Origin: Octopus vulgaris
Lineage: Eukaryota
Length of the DNA stretch: 64,000 nt
Direction of reading: 5' to 3'
Assembly: GCA_951406725.2 (NCBI GenBank)
Contig: OX597825.1
Coordinates: 248,001 to 312,000 of the forward strand
Shown: piece after piece, positions 1 to 11,945 of the stretch
Position numbering within the stretch: the first letter of the stretch is position 1
Layout of the letters: each line of letters opens with the position of its first letter
The notes under the pieces: model-generated
Seen by the model: only the letters and a program-made list of their open reading frames with translations
Told to the model about the DNA's origin: nothing
The model's database searches: none
Translations under genes and position numbers: made by a program

Positions 1-100
1 ACAGGCATCCAGCAACAGGATCTCCGTAATGCTATGATGGACCATGAAGTCTGGCATAACATAATAAATTCCATTGTCTCGACCACGGTCGAACAATGAT
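1..100 (+). mobile_element. RTE LINE family A 3' end
   Basis: GIQQQDLRNAMMD...STTVEQ* followed by TGA tail. Confidence 0.85.
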
Positions 101-2030
101 GGCAACTGCACCAGCATGTTTAAGTCATTTTAAAATGGGGCTACACAGGCCTGGGGATCCCTTTCTAATCAATTTATGCTCTGGCATGCTGTCAATAAAT
201 TTTTACAGGGCTGAGTGCATTCATTTGCCTTAAGTCTTATAATGTTGTTAAGAAGGACCTGCTAGCATGTTATAAGAAATAGCATCCATTGTAAAACTTG
301 AGCCAGGTGAGGGAGGATACAGTTTGTTATAAGAAACAGATGCTATTGAACTTGATCTAGGCTAGGAGAACGTAGCATGTAAAGATCAGAGGCTATTGTA
401 ATAGTTGTTGCAGAACCTTGATCCAAGGTATGTGTAGAAGAACAAATGGTTAGCTTCTCCAGAGTTTTGTCCTAATGCAAAATGAGAAGCCATTGTTTCA
501 ATGAAACTATGGTTCAACTGATTTTTCAAATTGTCGATACTAATCTTTCGATTGCAACTCCTCACATCTAGTGTCCCTTTTTGTTTTTTTGTTTTTTTGT
601 GATGGGTAGGATTTGAAATCAGAATGCACAAATCTGGAGCAGATACCAAAGGTATTTGCCTGAACCAAATCCTATGACTGGCACCCGGCCGTTGCCAGTG
701 CCACTGGACTGACTCCTGTGCAGGTGGCAAGTAAAGAAACACTGTTTCGACCCTGTGCTTGGGTAAAGTACATCAACATCAAAAATCAATGGAAATTGTA
801 GCTGTGATCCCTGTGCCGGTGGCACGTAAAAAGATCCATCCGAATGTGGCTGATGTCAGCGCCACCTTGACTGGCCTCCGTGCCAGTGGCACGTAAAAAG
901 CACCAACTGATCGTGGCCTGCCTCACCTGGCACCTGTGCTGGTGGCACGTAAAAAGCACCCACTACACTCACAGAGTGGTTGGCGTTAGGAAGGGCATCC
1001 AGCTGTAGAAACACTGCCAGATCAGACTGGAGCCTGGTGCAGCCTCCTGGCTTCCCACACCCTGGCCGAACTTTCCAACCCGTGCTAGCATGGAAAACAG
1101 ACATTAAACGATGATGATGATGATGATGATGACTAACATTTCCAGTTCATCACTCTAGACTGGTAATTTTTTTTTTTAAATCAACTCTGAATGGACAAAA
1201 GGTAAAGTTAGCCTCAGCAGGATTTGAACTCAGAATGTATCAGAACAAATGGCATAAGGTATTCTGTGTGACACCCAAACAATTCTGTCAGTTTATTGCA
1301 TTTCTATTTGGTTGCTGACCTCAATCTATTATTAAAATGCAAATTTACGTCTGCTGTTGGAGATTACAGCTTTCAATGTTCTCATGTGAAATACAATGCC
1401 ATCCACGAAGAAAGAATTAGGTTGCAGATGTCTCGAGTAGAATTTCTGCAATTGCCAAACGTAATGACTATATTGATTGTCCAACAATGAACAGATAAAT
1501 ATAACAAAGAAAATTCTTGAAGTGATAGGACAGGCCAACTTAGATCAACAAATTGCTTTTATGAAAGGATTCAATAGTAATAAGCTATTAAGAAAATAAG
1601 TTATGAATAAAATTACATCATATGATATATATATATATATAATCAAAATAACCAACAAGGATATCCAAGGTAGAGTAGTACAATTGTTTCATGCTACTTC
1701 ATTTTATTAAACAATGTAAGTATTACATCAGTTTTAAAATAAGTGTAAGAATGTGCATTGTCCGTTTAATTGAAAAATTCTATATGTGGCTGAAGATTGC
1801 TCAACATTTTAAAACTGATGTAATACTTACAGTGTTTAATAAAATGAAGTAGCATGAAACAACTGTACTACTCTACTTTGGATATACTTGTTGCTTATTT
1901 TGATTATAATCACCCCATTTGATTTATATGGATAATACCACACAAAATTCTGGTGCCTTTAACTTAAGTACCATATTCAACTGAATCTAAATTTTGCTGA
2001 ACTTATATATATACATATATATATATACAG

Positions 2031-2526
2031 AGAAGAATACAGTGTACATTCAAACACAAAAGAGATACCCAAAGAATATGATATCTGACCACTGGTAACT
2101 AAGAATTTTTTCAATAAATATTCTTGCTCGCCTAAGATTTTAATTAATGATAAAATGTTTTTTGGCAAATTTTGGAAGAAAATGGGCAATTTATTTATTT
2201 AGTGCTGGTTGAGTTCTGCATTTGTGCGGTGGATTCGAAGAATTAGAACCTCTAAACATGTGGCTGATTACTTATAGCTCCGTGTCTGTGTGTTCAGTCT
2301 TGGCAACCTACAGAAAATGCAGCGCCAGGTATAGACTGAAATTATCTTATTTCAGTCTGTATTTAAGGCTGCAGAAACCTTGCAGGGTCTAGGATTAAGG
2401 TAAAAGTTTTTATTTTTCAATCACTTTCGGAATTACAACAATTAGTGGCTTGGAGTTTGACTGCTCTTTCTAGTGAGTCAGATATCATATTCTTCGGGTT
2501 GCTTCAACGTACACTGTATTCTTCTT
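2031..2526. mobile_element. MITE-like element with imperfect inverted ends
   Basis: AGAAGAATACAGTGTAC..AAGAATATGATATCTGAC is inverted at 2477-2526. Confidence 0.6.
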
Positions 2527-2649
2527 TTAATAATATATAGTCTATTGACTCATTTTTTCCTTCTCGCTAGACCACTGGTAACTAAGAATTTTTCTGATAA
2601 ATATTCTTGCAACCCTAACCCTAACTCTAACCCTAACCCTAAAACAGAT

Positions 2650-3383
2650 GGTTAATATAAAGCGTTACGCATATCAGAAAATCAAAAAAAAAATGTGTGT
2701 AATAGGTGTAAAACAACTTCCTATGAACGAATATGAAAAAAAAATATTCGCGCACGCGAAAGGGGGGTGGGGGAGAGGCCTCGGAAAATTCACATCGGGA
2801 AGTTCCGAAAGCGTCTGAGGGGCTGACCCGGGCACCAAAACAAAAAAAAAAATAGTGTAATATGTGTAAAACAACTTGCTCTAAACGAATATGACAAAAA
2901 AAATGCACTCTCGCGAAAGAGGGGTGGGGGAGAGGCCTCGGAAAATTTATATCGGGAATTTCCGAAAGCGTCTGAACCGGGCATAAAAACAAAAACAAAA
3001 ACAGCGTAATAGGTGTAAAACAACTTGCTCTAAACGACTATCATGAAAAAAATGCGCGCTCGCGAAAGGGGGGTGGGGGAGAGGCTTCGGAAATTTCACA
3101 TCTTCAGTCCACGGCCTTTAAACTAAGAAAAAATAGTGTAATTGGTGTAAAACTACTTGTTCTAAACGAGTATCAAGAACACACACTCACACATGAATCA
3201 TAAACTCCGTATTTTTGTACATATTTCGCAAAAAAAAAAATAATAAAGAGAAGAAATTCTGGAAAAAAAACTCATTTCTTTATCATCATTGTCGATGGAC
3301 CACTCAAAGAGGTATGTATACCTTATCATTTTACACACATTTCTTTTTTGATTTTCTGATATGCGTAACGCTTTATATTAACC
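2650..3383. mobile_element. TIR element with internal G-rich ~150-165-bp tandem units
   Basis: ~40-bp TIR GGTTAATATAAAGCGTTACGCATATCAG, 8-bp TSD AAACAGAT; inserted beside CCCTAA repeats of an older element. Confidence 0.85.
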
Positions 3384-3519
3384 AAACAGATTGAAAGGCA
3401 ATAGATCGATACTAGGGTCATAATTATGGGTAGTCACTAAAGAGGGAACAGTTTTGTTATCCAGGTCTGTTTACGAGTGACCCCTCAGTTTATGGCCACA
3501 GGGTGAAAAGATCCTCTTT

Positions 3520-3991
3520 ATGTTCATAAACAAATTTTAAACGGGCATCTCTATGCCTTTTAGTCAACAGCGGAGTTTTTCTAGGAGAGCGTGATTTCAG
3601 TTCATTCCTATGAAGTTCATTGCTGATTGTTCGAAGTGTAACACTAGTCCCTGGAGCTAACAAATCTTTGATTCTTCACTTCATTTTTCTTAAAGATCTA
3701 AGGGAAATCTTGCACGGTGCACTGGATCTTTACTATATTTGCATACAGATGCATAAACTAAGAATATGCAAAAGAAACTAATAAATTATAGTAACTAAGG
3801 AATTTATATACAATCATAAATATTTAGGGGTGAAAAAAGTATTCGTACAGAATAAATTTATGATTTTCTATGCCACATATTCTTAGTTTATGCATGTGTA
3901 TGCAAGTATAGTATTGGTGTATCCCGTTTATGTTCATTAGAAATGAGATAAATGAAGAATTTTGACATGTACGAATATTTATTTCCCCCCA

Positions 3992-3994
<3 letters not shown>
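3520..3994 (-). mobile_element. Tc1 5' fragment
   Basis: TIR CAGTGGGGGGAAATAAATATTCG after TA; RTISNELHRNELKSRSPRKTPLLTKRHRDARLKF. Confidence 0.8.
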
Positions 3995-4034
<40 letters not shown>

Positions 4035-4292
4035 TGTGTGTGTGTGTGTGCTGGTGGCACGTGAAACATTTGAGCGGTCGTCGCCAATGCCGCTACACTC
4101 ACGGAGTGGTTGGCGTGAGGAAGGGCATCTAGCTGTAGAAACTCTGCCAGATGAGATTGGAGTCTGGTTTGCCAGACCTCGGTCAAGTGCTAGCATGGAA
4201 AGCGGACATTAAATGACGATGATGATGATCTGTAAATGTAATATGTGACAATTATTCAGTAGCCATGATAAAACTCCGAGTTTCGGATGCCG

Positions 4293-4352
4293 GATAACTG
4301 AAGAGATGGCGGCGTGAATTTCCACCTCGGCATCCGAACTCAGAGCATTATC
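4293..4352 (+). ncRNA. Hammerhead motif (mutated) inside an inverted repeat
   Basis: GATAA-CTGAAGA-GATG...CATC-CGAA-CTC a GAG-CA-TTATC; the opposite arm preserves the intact 3' half CGAAACTCGGAGTTTTATC. Confidence 0.65.
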
Positions 4353-4454
4353 ATGGCTACCGAATAATTGTCACATATTACATTTACAGATAAATTCCTC
4401 TATTCACATAATATCGAGGTCTCTCTCTTTCTTTTGTTATCTCACCGTTTTTAT

Positions 4455-4524
<70 letters not shown>

Positions 4525-5189
4525 TTATCATCATCATCATCGTTTAGCGTCCGCTTTCCATGCTAGCATGGGTTGGACAGTTCAACTGTGGTCTGGGAAG
4601 CCAGAAGGCTGCACCAGGCCCAGTCTGATCTGGCAGTGTTTCTACGGCTGGATGCCCCTCCTAACGCCAACCACTCCGTGAGTATAGTGGGTGCTTTTTA
4701 TGTGCCACCGGCACAGGTGCCAGACGAGGCTGGCAAACGGCCACGATCAGATGGTGCTTTTTACGTGCCACCGGCACAGAGGCCAAGCGAGGCTGGCAAC
4801 AGCCAGGATCGGATGGTGCTTTTTACGTGCCACCGGCATGGACGCCAGTCGGGGTGGCGCTGGCAACAGTCACATTCGGATAGTTCTCTTATGTGCCACC
4901 GGCACTGGCATCACAGCTACAATTTCCATTGATGTTGATCGATTTCGATTTCGATTCGGATTCTCACTTGCCTCAACAGGTCTTCACAAGTAGAGTTTTG
5001 TGTCCCAAGAAGGAAAGGTATGCATAAGTGGATTGGCCACATCCCAGGTAGAGGCCACAGGTTATGGTCTCACTTGTCCTGCCGGGTCTTCTCACGCACA
5101 GCATACTTCCAAAGGTCTTGGTCTCTAGTCATTTCCTCGGTGAGACCAAAAGTTCGAAGGTCGTGCTTCACCACTTCATCCCAGGTATA

Positions 5190-5258
<69 letters not shown>

Positions 5259-5587
5259 TTGTATGCTGTCAACTTAATGTGACAGTCCCATGAAGGGAAT
5301 CACACCACTGCTATTAAGTTGACAGTATAGTTCAGCATGGTGGTATCCCGCAGATACCCTAATTTATAATTTTAAATAATTATTACCTTTGTAAGGTTTT
5401 TATTCCCATGCTGGCCACTTGATAAGATCGATATTTAAATATCAATCTTATCCTTATTTATATAAATTTATATATATTTCGTCATTATCGCACAAGGAGC
5501 TGTTAGGCGGGCAATTTAAGCTGGTCGTATACATACATGCATATATATGCATGTATAGACTTTTGTATATGTAAGTATATCGTATGT

Positions 5588-5635
<48 letters not shown>

Positions 5636-5664
5636 ATTTAAAGCAGCAGAAAATTCAACAAAAC

Positions 5665-5702
5665 CTGTTACTCTGAGTTTCCCGTTGCCGTTCATCGGAC
5701 AG
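5665..5702 (-). ncRNA. Minimal hammerhead-like motif with CCGAUGA variant core
   Basis: Minus strand: CTGT-CCGATGA-ACG GCAA CGG-GAAA-CTC a GAG-TA-ACAG. Confidence 0.6.
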
Positions 5703-5843
5703 TTTTTGCTAGGAACGGTAACAGGAAACTCAGAGTAACAGGTTTTGTTGAATTTTCTGCTGCTTTAAAGAAAGCATATTACTCTATCACTGGTATTTGA
5801 GTACTCTTTTTCCCACCTTGTTTCACATTTATGTGTTTACTCT

Positions 5844-5897
<54 letters not shown>

Positions 5898-5935
5898 CAT
5901 ATATATACATATATTTGTATTTATGTGTTGAGTAT

Positions 5936-5994
5936 ATTCCACTGAAGAAGGCAGAGCATCTCTTATGCAAAGCCAGAAATCCCGGATCTGGAAT
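5936..5994 (+). ncRNA. Minimal type-I hammerhead ribozyme motif
   Basis: ATTCCA-CTGAAGA-[aGGC..GCAT ctctt ATGC..GCCa]-GAAA-TCC c GGA-TC-TGGAAT: 6-bp stem I, intact core, AUC cleavage triplet (after 5988). Confidence 0.8.
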
Positions 5995-6153
5995 TATCCA
6001 GTAAAATTTTTTTGCTAGTTTATTTTGTCTCTCTGTCTTCTCTCATGGTGCTATATGAACGTTTAATGTGGCTTTAGAGTCAGGTTTTGACTGCTATTTC
6101 AGCATGGTGGTATCTCTCAGATACCCTAATTTATAATTATATCTATATATAAA

Positions 6154-6186
<33 letters not shown>

Positions 6187-6449
6187 TTATATATCTATCC
6201 ATATATCTCTCTATATCTATCTATACACACACACACACATATATAGATAGATATAATTTCACTGCGATGGTTGTATGTTGGTGTTATTGTCTAGCACACT
6301 TGTCATGAAAACAAAGGAGTATGGGAAACCCTACTGTTTTCCGTTGAGGGCTTATATGCCCCACTATTGGTCTGTTTTCCTTAGTCATTGCACAGTAATG
6401 GCTTATAAGCATGTAGATTACAAAATACTATTATATATATATATATATA

Positions 6450-7026
6450 GTATGGTCATGTACTACGGGTGGATGAGGAGAGATGTGTGAAGAAGTGCCA
6501 TTCCCAAACAGTTGAAGGAATCTGGGGTAGAGGTAGACCCAGGAAGACATGGGATCAGGTGGTCAAGCATGACCTCCAAACGTTGGGTCTCACAGAGGCA
6601 ATGACGAAAGACCGAGACCTCTGAAGATATGCTGTGACTGCAAAGACCCAACAAATAACGTGATTCGTGGCTGTTTCCTGTACCAACTTCACTTAGAAGC
6701 CCCAGCCCATCCAAAGTGCCTTGGATCCCAGGATGGCCTGCTGTGGTTACCTTGGATCATAGGGCAACGTGCTGTGCTTGAGGAGACCTATTGAGTCAAG
6801 GACATCAACATCAAAATAAATATCAAAAGCAAATTGTAGTTGTGATACCTGTGCCGGTGGCACGTTAAAAGCACCATCTGTACGTGGCCTATGCCAGCGT
6901 CACCTTGACTGGCTTCCCTGCTGGAGGCACGTAAAAAGCACCAACTGATCGTGGCCGTTGCCAGCCCCCCCCTGGCACCTGTGGAAAACGGATGTTAAAC
7001 AATGATGATGTTGATGATGATGATGA
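6450..7026 (+). mobile_element. RTE LINE family B 3' end (RT C-terminus, long repetitive 3'UTR, TGA tail)
   Basis: YGHVLR..RGRPRKTWDQVVKHDL then GTGCCGGTGGCAC units; 3'UTR-only copies at about 615-1131, 4050-4229, 4521-5186, 8610-9292, 12145-12376, 12565-13070, 14995-15423, 41808-42300, 42575-42922, 47120-47558, 49127-49577, 51448-53100, 54015-54538, 58225-58720, 59142-59700. Confidence 0.85.
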
Positions 7027-7479
7027 GGATATATATATATATATATATGCTCACAGACAGGTGAGCACGCAAGTGCAAAAAGAGGTGGAAAAAATAGTAA
7101 TTGAACATCGAAAGTAGAGTGATATACTTTTTACTAAAGTTGAAAAATTATCACAGAACCCTTCCTCAGAGTTTCACCTCCCTGTTCATCGCACAGTTGA
7201 AGTAATTTTTATTACCACATCAATATGCTGCAACTACCATTCAACCCCAGGCAGAGCCTCCACCAGCTGATTATCAATGCAACCTGCATATATTGCAAGC
7301 AAAGGAAAGGACCCCAACCATATTCTAGCAGACAACAGGATCCCCAAATTGATGAGAAATGGTGCCTTTATACGTCAATATGAAGCAGCGAAAAGAATGG
7401 CTCAGCCCCAACAAATAAATGACTCTGCAAGCAAATCAAGACCTTCATCCTCGAAAAACTATGTGTGTATGGCAGGACT

Positions 7480-8565
7480 GGGAAGGCATAATTCATTATG
7501 AACTGCTTGAGCACAACTAAACACTCAATATGGAGCTTGACACTCAACAACTGCACCTACTCTCCGAAGAAATTCAACAAAAAAGACCAAATAGACGAAA
7601 CAGCGTTCTTTTGCAACACGACAACACCCATCCTCACATTACCAATATAACTAAAGCCGTTGACTATGTGCTACGTATGTCAGTTGATACCATTTCTGGT
7701 AAGGGCTTTGAAATAAAACCTAGAAGAAGTTTCAGACACCCAGCTGAACACTTAACAGACACTGACTTCACTGACGACATTGCTCTTATCAGTGATTCTC
7801 TCTCCAATGCCCAGTCTCTTTTACAATCTCTTGAACAAGCCTCAAATTGTATAGGTCTTTACCTCAATGAGTCCAAGACTGAATATATAAACATGCCTGT
7901 CCAACAGTGATTTCATCATCCAAACTCTCAACAATACGCTCTTAAATATGGTTTCTGATTACAAATATCTTGGGTCATACATATCATCATCTGAAAAATA
8001 TTTTCTAACTAGAAAGGGTATGGCTAGGTCAGCCTGTAATGATATGCATAAGATCTGGTCATCAAATCTGAGTAGAGATTCCAAACTTAAAATCTTCAAA
8101 GCCACAGTCGAACCAATTCTACGATATGGCTCAGAAACCTGGATGTTATCAAAGAAGCTTGAGAGGTGGTTGGATGGAACTTACACTCGCCTCCTTATGG
8201 GAGCTCAAAATCTCTCGTGGAAGCGTCATCCAACCAAAGTACAAATACAACCAAAGCCGGGATTCAAGAACTCGAATGCGAAGTGCTGCCTCATTCTCCA
8301 TACACAGCACTATTAGATTTTCATCTCTTTCGACTCCTTTCAAACTCGTTTAGCAGTGTATTGTTCAATAATGATGTGGGATTGAGGGCTTTGAGTCAAG
8401 ACCAGGAGATTTCTATTGCCAAGGCATCAAAAAATTTATTGAATGTTGGGAGGAAGTCGTAAACAACAACAGAGAGTGCATTATTGATTAATTTGTTGTT
8501 GTATTTTTGTTCAAAATAATTTTGAAAAAAGAAAAACCACTCATGAATTATTCCTCAACCCAATT
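7480..8565 (+). mobile_element. Mariner transposase 3' remnant split by an RTE insertion
   Basis: LLQHDNTHPH | EVLPHSPY..DFHLFR; right TIR near 8545-8563. Confidence 0.8.
7660..8248 (+). mobile_element. RTE LINE family A internal RT fragment
   Basis: DFTDDIAL, YKYLGS, EPILRYGSETW; flanked by AAC(T/C)AAAGCCG. Confidence 0.9.
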
Positions 8566-10409
8566 TATATTACAAGCAAAGTAGCCAGTTAGAAAATCTC
8601 ATATATATATCAGCGTCGCCTTACTGGCACATGAACAAAATATTTGAGCGAGGTCATTGCCAGTGCTGCTGGACTGACTCCTGTGCAGGTGGCATGTAAA
8701 AAGCACCATTTGAGTGTGGCCGTTGCCAGTACCGCCAGACCAGCTTTTGTGCCTGTGGCACGGAAAAGTACCCACTACAGTCTTGAAGTGGTTGGTGTTA
8801 GGAAGGGCATCCAGCCATAGAAACTCTGCCAGTTCAAGATTGGAGCCTGGTGCAGCCATCTGGTTCACCAGTCCTCAGTCAAATCGTCCAACCCACGCTA
8901 CCATGGAAAGCGGACGTTAAGCGATGATGATGATAAGTGTGTATTTATATAGATATGTGTGTGTGTGTGTGAGAGAGACAGATAGACACAGACAGACAGA
9001 CAGAGAAGAAAACATTCGAGCGAGGTCATTGCCAGTGCCGCTGGATTGGCTCCTGTGCAGGTGACACATAAAAAACACAATTTTGAGCGTGGCCGTTGCC
9101 AGTACCGCCAGGCCGGCCCTTGTGCCTGGGGCACGTAAAAAGCACCCACAACACTCTCGGAGTGGTTGGCGTTAGGACGGGCATCCAGCTGTAGAAACTC
9201 TGCCAGATCAGATTGGAGCCTGGTGCAGCCATAAGGTTCACCAGTCCTCAGTCAAATTGCATGGAAAGCGGACGTTAAATGATGATGATGATAAGTATGT
9301 ATTTGTATAGATATGTGTGTATCTGGTGTGTGTGTGTGTGTGTGTGAGAGAGAGAAAGAAAGACAGACTGACAGAGAGTAAATTATTTGTTGGGAAATTG
9401 TTCAACCATTCTATTTGTTTGACGTGCTCGTCTGAAATCTGTCTCATTTGTATGTCCTCTCTAAATTGTACACCCAGCACAGCACACATGACATAAACAC
9501 ACCATAAAGGAAATGAAAAACACGAGAAACCTTAACTGTGCTGACTGAAACGTTTTCTAATTAATAGAATGGATAATTTCAAATTGATAAACAAAACAAT
9601 GATATTTTCTTCAAGAAATGAATATTAAATTCAATCTCATCGTGTTGTGTTGACGCCATTTTTTCATTTTATATTTTTTAATAAATATAAAATAGAGAAA
9701 AAAACAATTTTCTAATGTTTGTAGGAACAAAAGAAAAATCAAACTTTTACATAAAGATAATGTTCAGATGGCAATAAATAAATTAGGTTGTATTTTGTTG
9801 AAAAGACGGCACATTAATGGAAGCTGTTACAGCATCAGACAAAATGCCTTGCAGTATTTGATCTGGTGGCGAGCTGGCAGAAACGTTAGCACGCCGGGCG
9901 AAATACTTAGCAGTATTTCGTCTGCTGTTACGTTCTGAGTTCAAATTCCACAGAGGTCGACATTGCCTTTCATCCTTTCGGGGTTGATTAAATATGTACC
10001 AGTTACACACTGGGGTCGATATAATCAACTTAATCCGTTTGTCTGTCCTTGTTCGTCCCCTCTGTGTTTAGCCCCTTGTGGGCAATAAAGAAATAGGTAT
10101 TTGATCAGGCTCTTTATGTTCTGAGTTCAAATCTGAGCAAAGGTTAATTTTGTATTTCATGCAGGGCCTTTCTTAGCAGTTTTTGGGACAAGGAATGTTA
10201 AGAAGACAAAACAGTACATTAGGGACCCTACATAAACAATCACAACATACATAAATTAGCAATGGACTCCGTGGACTCGTGAGTCGCTCAGAAAACTTCT
10301 GTGTATAACCATGCTTAAGACTGCACTGCTTTCATCCTCTGGTGTTGATAAAGTGAAAGTCAAATCAAATAATAGGTGGAAACAAACTGTTAACCTCTTT
10401 TCATCAGCT

Positions 10410-11020
10410 TGAAACGAACTTAGTGATGTGTGAATATCCTCGTGCACTTTTGGGGTGCACAAAGCAATCACTCACTAGCCGTTACTTAATAATCCAGAAT
10501 CTCTACTAGTCAGAAACAAACAGGACGCAGACGTAAAATATACATATAACTACTTTATTCTCTTTCTTGGTAAACAATAACAATAAGTGTGTTATCTGAT
10601 GTCCTTGATTCTGGGCGCGCAAGGCTGAAAGTTAATAGATTGTAATATTTACAATGTCCAGCAGATGAAAACAGAAAGGGTCCAAGATGGCGTCGAACAA
10701 TGGAGACGATGTTGGTCTGCAACAATTTTGGTTAAAAGTCTTCGGCCAAAGGACTGCTAGAATCAGTTCAGACGGAGAGAATATATGCGTGACCGCCGCC
10801 TTCAATCGCTGGGTCCCAAGTCACCGCTTGCTGGACGCTAGCGGTCAAACGTTCTACGACCCCCTTGCCTCGCTAACTGCTACGTAGGCAATAGGGTCGT
10901 GCTACCGGTGGTTCGCACATGCGCGAGAGGGCCTTCCTTTCTGTGCCTTGGTAAAGGCACCAACACGCGCGAAATACAAATGGGCGGTGCGCGAGCGCGC
11001 GCCGTTGTCGGATCACTACA
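10410..11020 (-). mobile_element. Solo LTR (Gypsy-like), CpG-rich
   Basis: TG...CA ends, 4-bp TSD AGCT, AATAAA on minus strand near 10555. Confidence 0.75.
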
Positions 11021-11379
11021 AGCTTTCTAGCCTTGTACCTATATAAGGTGCAATATTAATAAAAAAGATGGAGTGAACTGGCAAAATGTTCAGTCCATCG
11101 GATAAAATACCTTCTTCCAAATCTGTTCCAAGTTCAAATATCTTGGAAGTCAAATTTGCTTTTTTATTCATCTGGAATTGATAGAATAACATATCAGGCG
11201 AGAGAAATTGGCGAAATTGTTAAAGGGTTGACGAAATTCTCTGCTCCTTAAGTTCCATGCAAAATAGCACTCTGGCATCTTTTGTGTTCGTGTCGCAGTT
11301 CTTGAAATGTTAAAAAATGAAGTGAAAAATTTTCAAAGTTGGTATATTCATGTCATTTTTCATGCTGAATCTCATTTTA

Positions 11380-11945
11380 TTGGGTTGTCCGGAAAGTTCG
11401 TGCCGATTTATAGTAGCTTACCTTTTGACTTATTTTAGAACATGGCTGGGTCCATAAAGCAGGATTTGACTATACCTCCATTTAAAGCACACTATAAGCT
11501 ATCTTTTCATGAATGAAGGTTTATATTCCTATAACCTGTGTTAATTCTGTAACCCTTTAAAATGGAAGATAAGAAAGTTCATTTTCGGCACTTGATGCTT
11601 TGGGAACCAGATAAAAATTGCTGCTGCTCTGCTTGGATGTGTTACCCCACCCTCCATATTCACCAGATATTGCTCCTTTGGATTTCCACTTATTCAGGTC
11701 TCTGCAGAATAGTCTTAATGGTAAAAATTTCAATTCCTTGGATGACGTAAAAAGATACCTTGATGAATTCTTTGCCATGAAACTACCTCAATTCTGGGAA
11801 GAGGGTATTTTCAAGTTAAAGGAAAGATGGAGACGCATTGTGCAACAAAATGGTTCATATTTGATTGATTAAAAATGTAATGGTAAGTATTTATTGACCG
11901 TTTTCTTTCCTTTAAAAATCGGCATGAACTTTCCGGACAACCCAA
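11380..11945 (+). mobile_element. Internally deleted mariner, copy 1
   Basis: TIR TTGGGTTGTCCGGAAAGTTC, TA TSD, HPPYSPDIAP.DFHLF motif. Confidence 0.95.

Noticed and set aside
2611-2642. True telomere
   Set aside because: Only ~5 imperfect CCCTAA units, internal to a dispersed repeat
10687-10887. AAGATGGCG-initiated ORF in a CpG-rich tract as a gene first exon
   Set aside because: Lies within a TG...CA element bounded by an AGCT TSD
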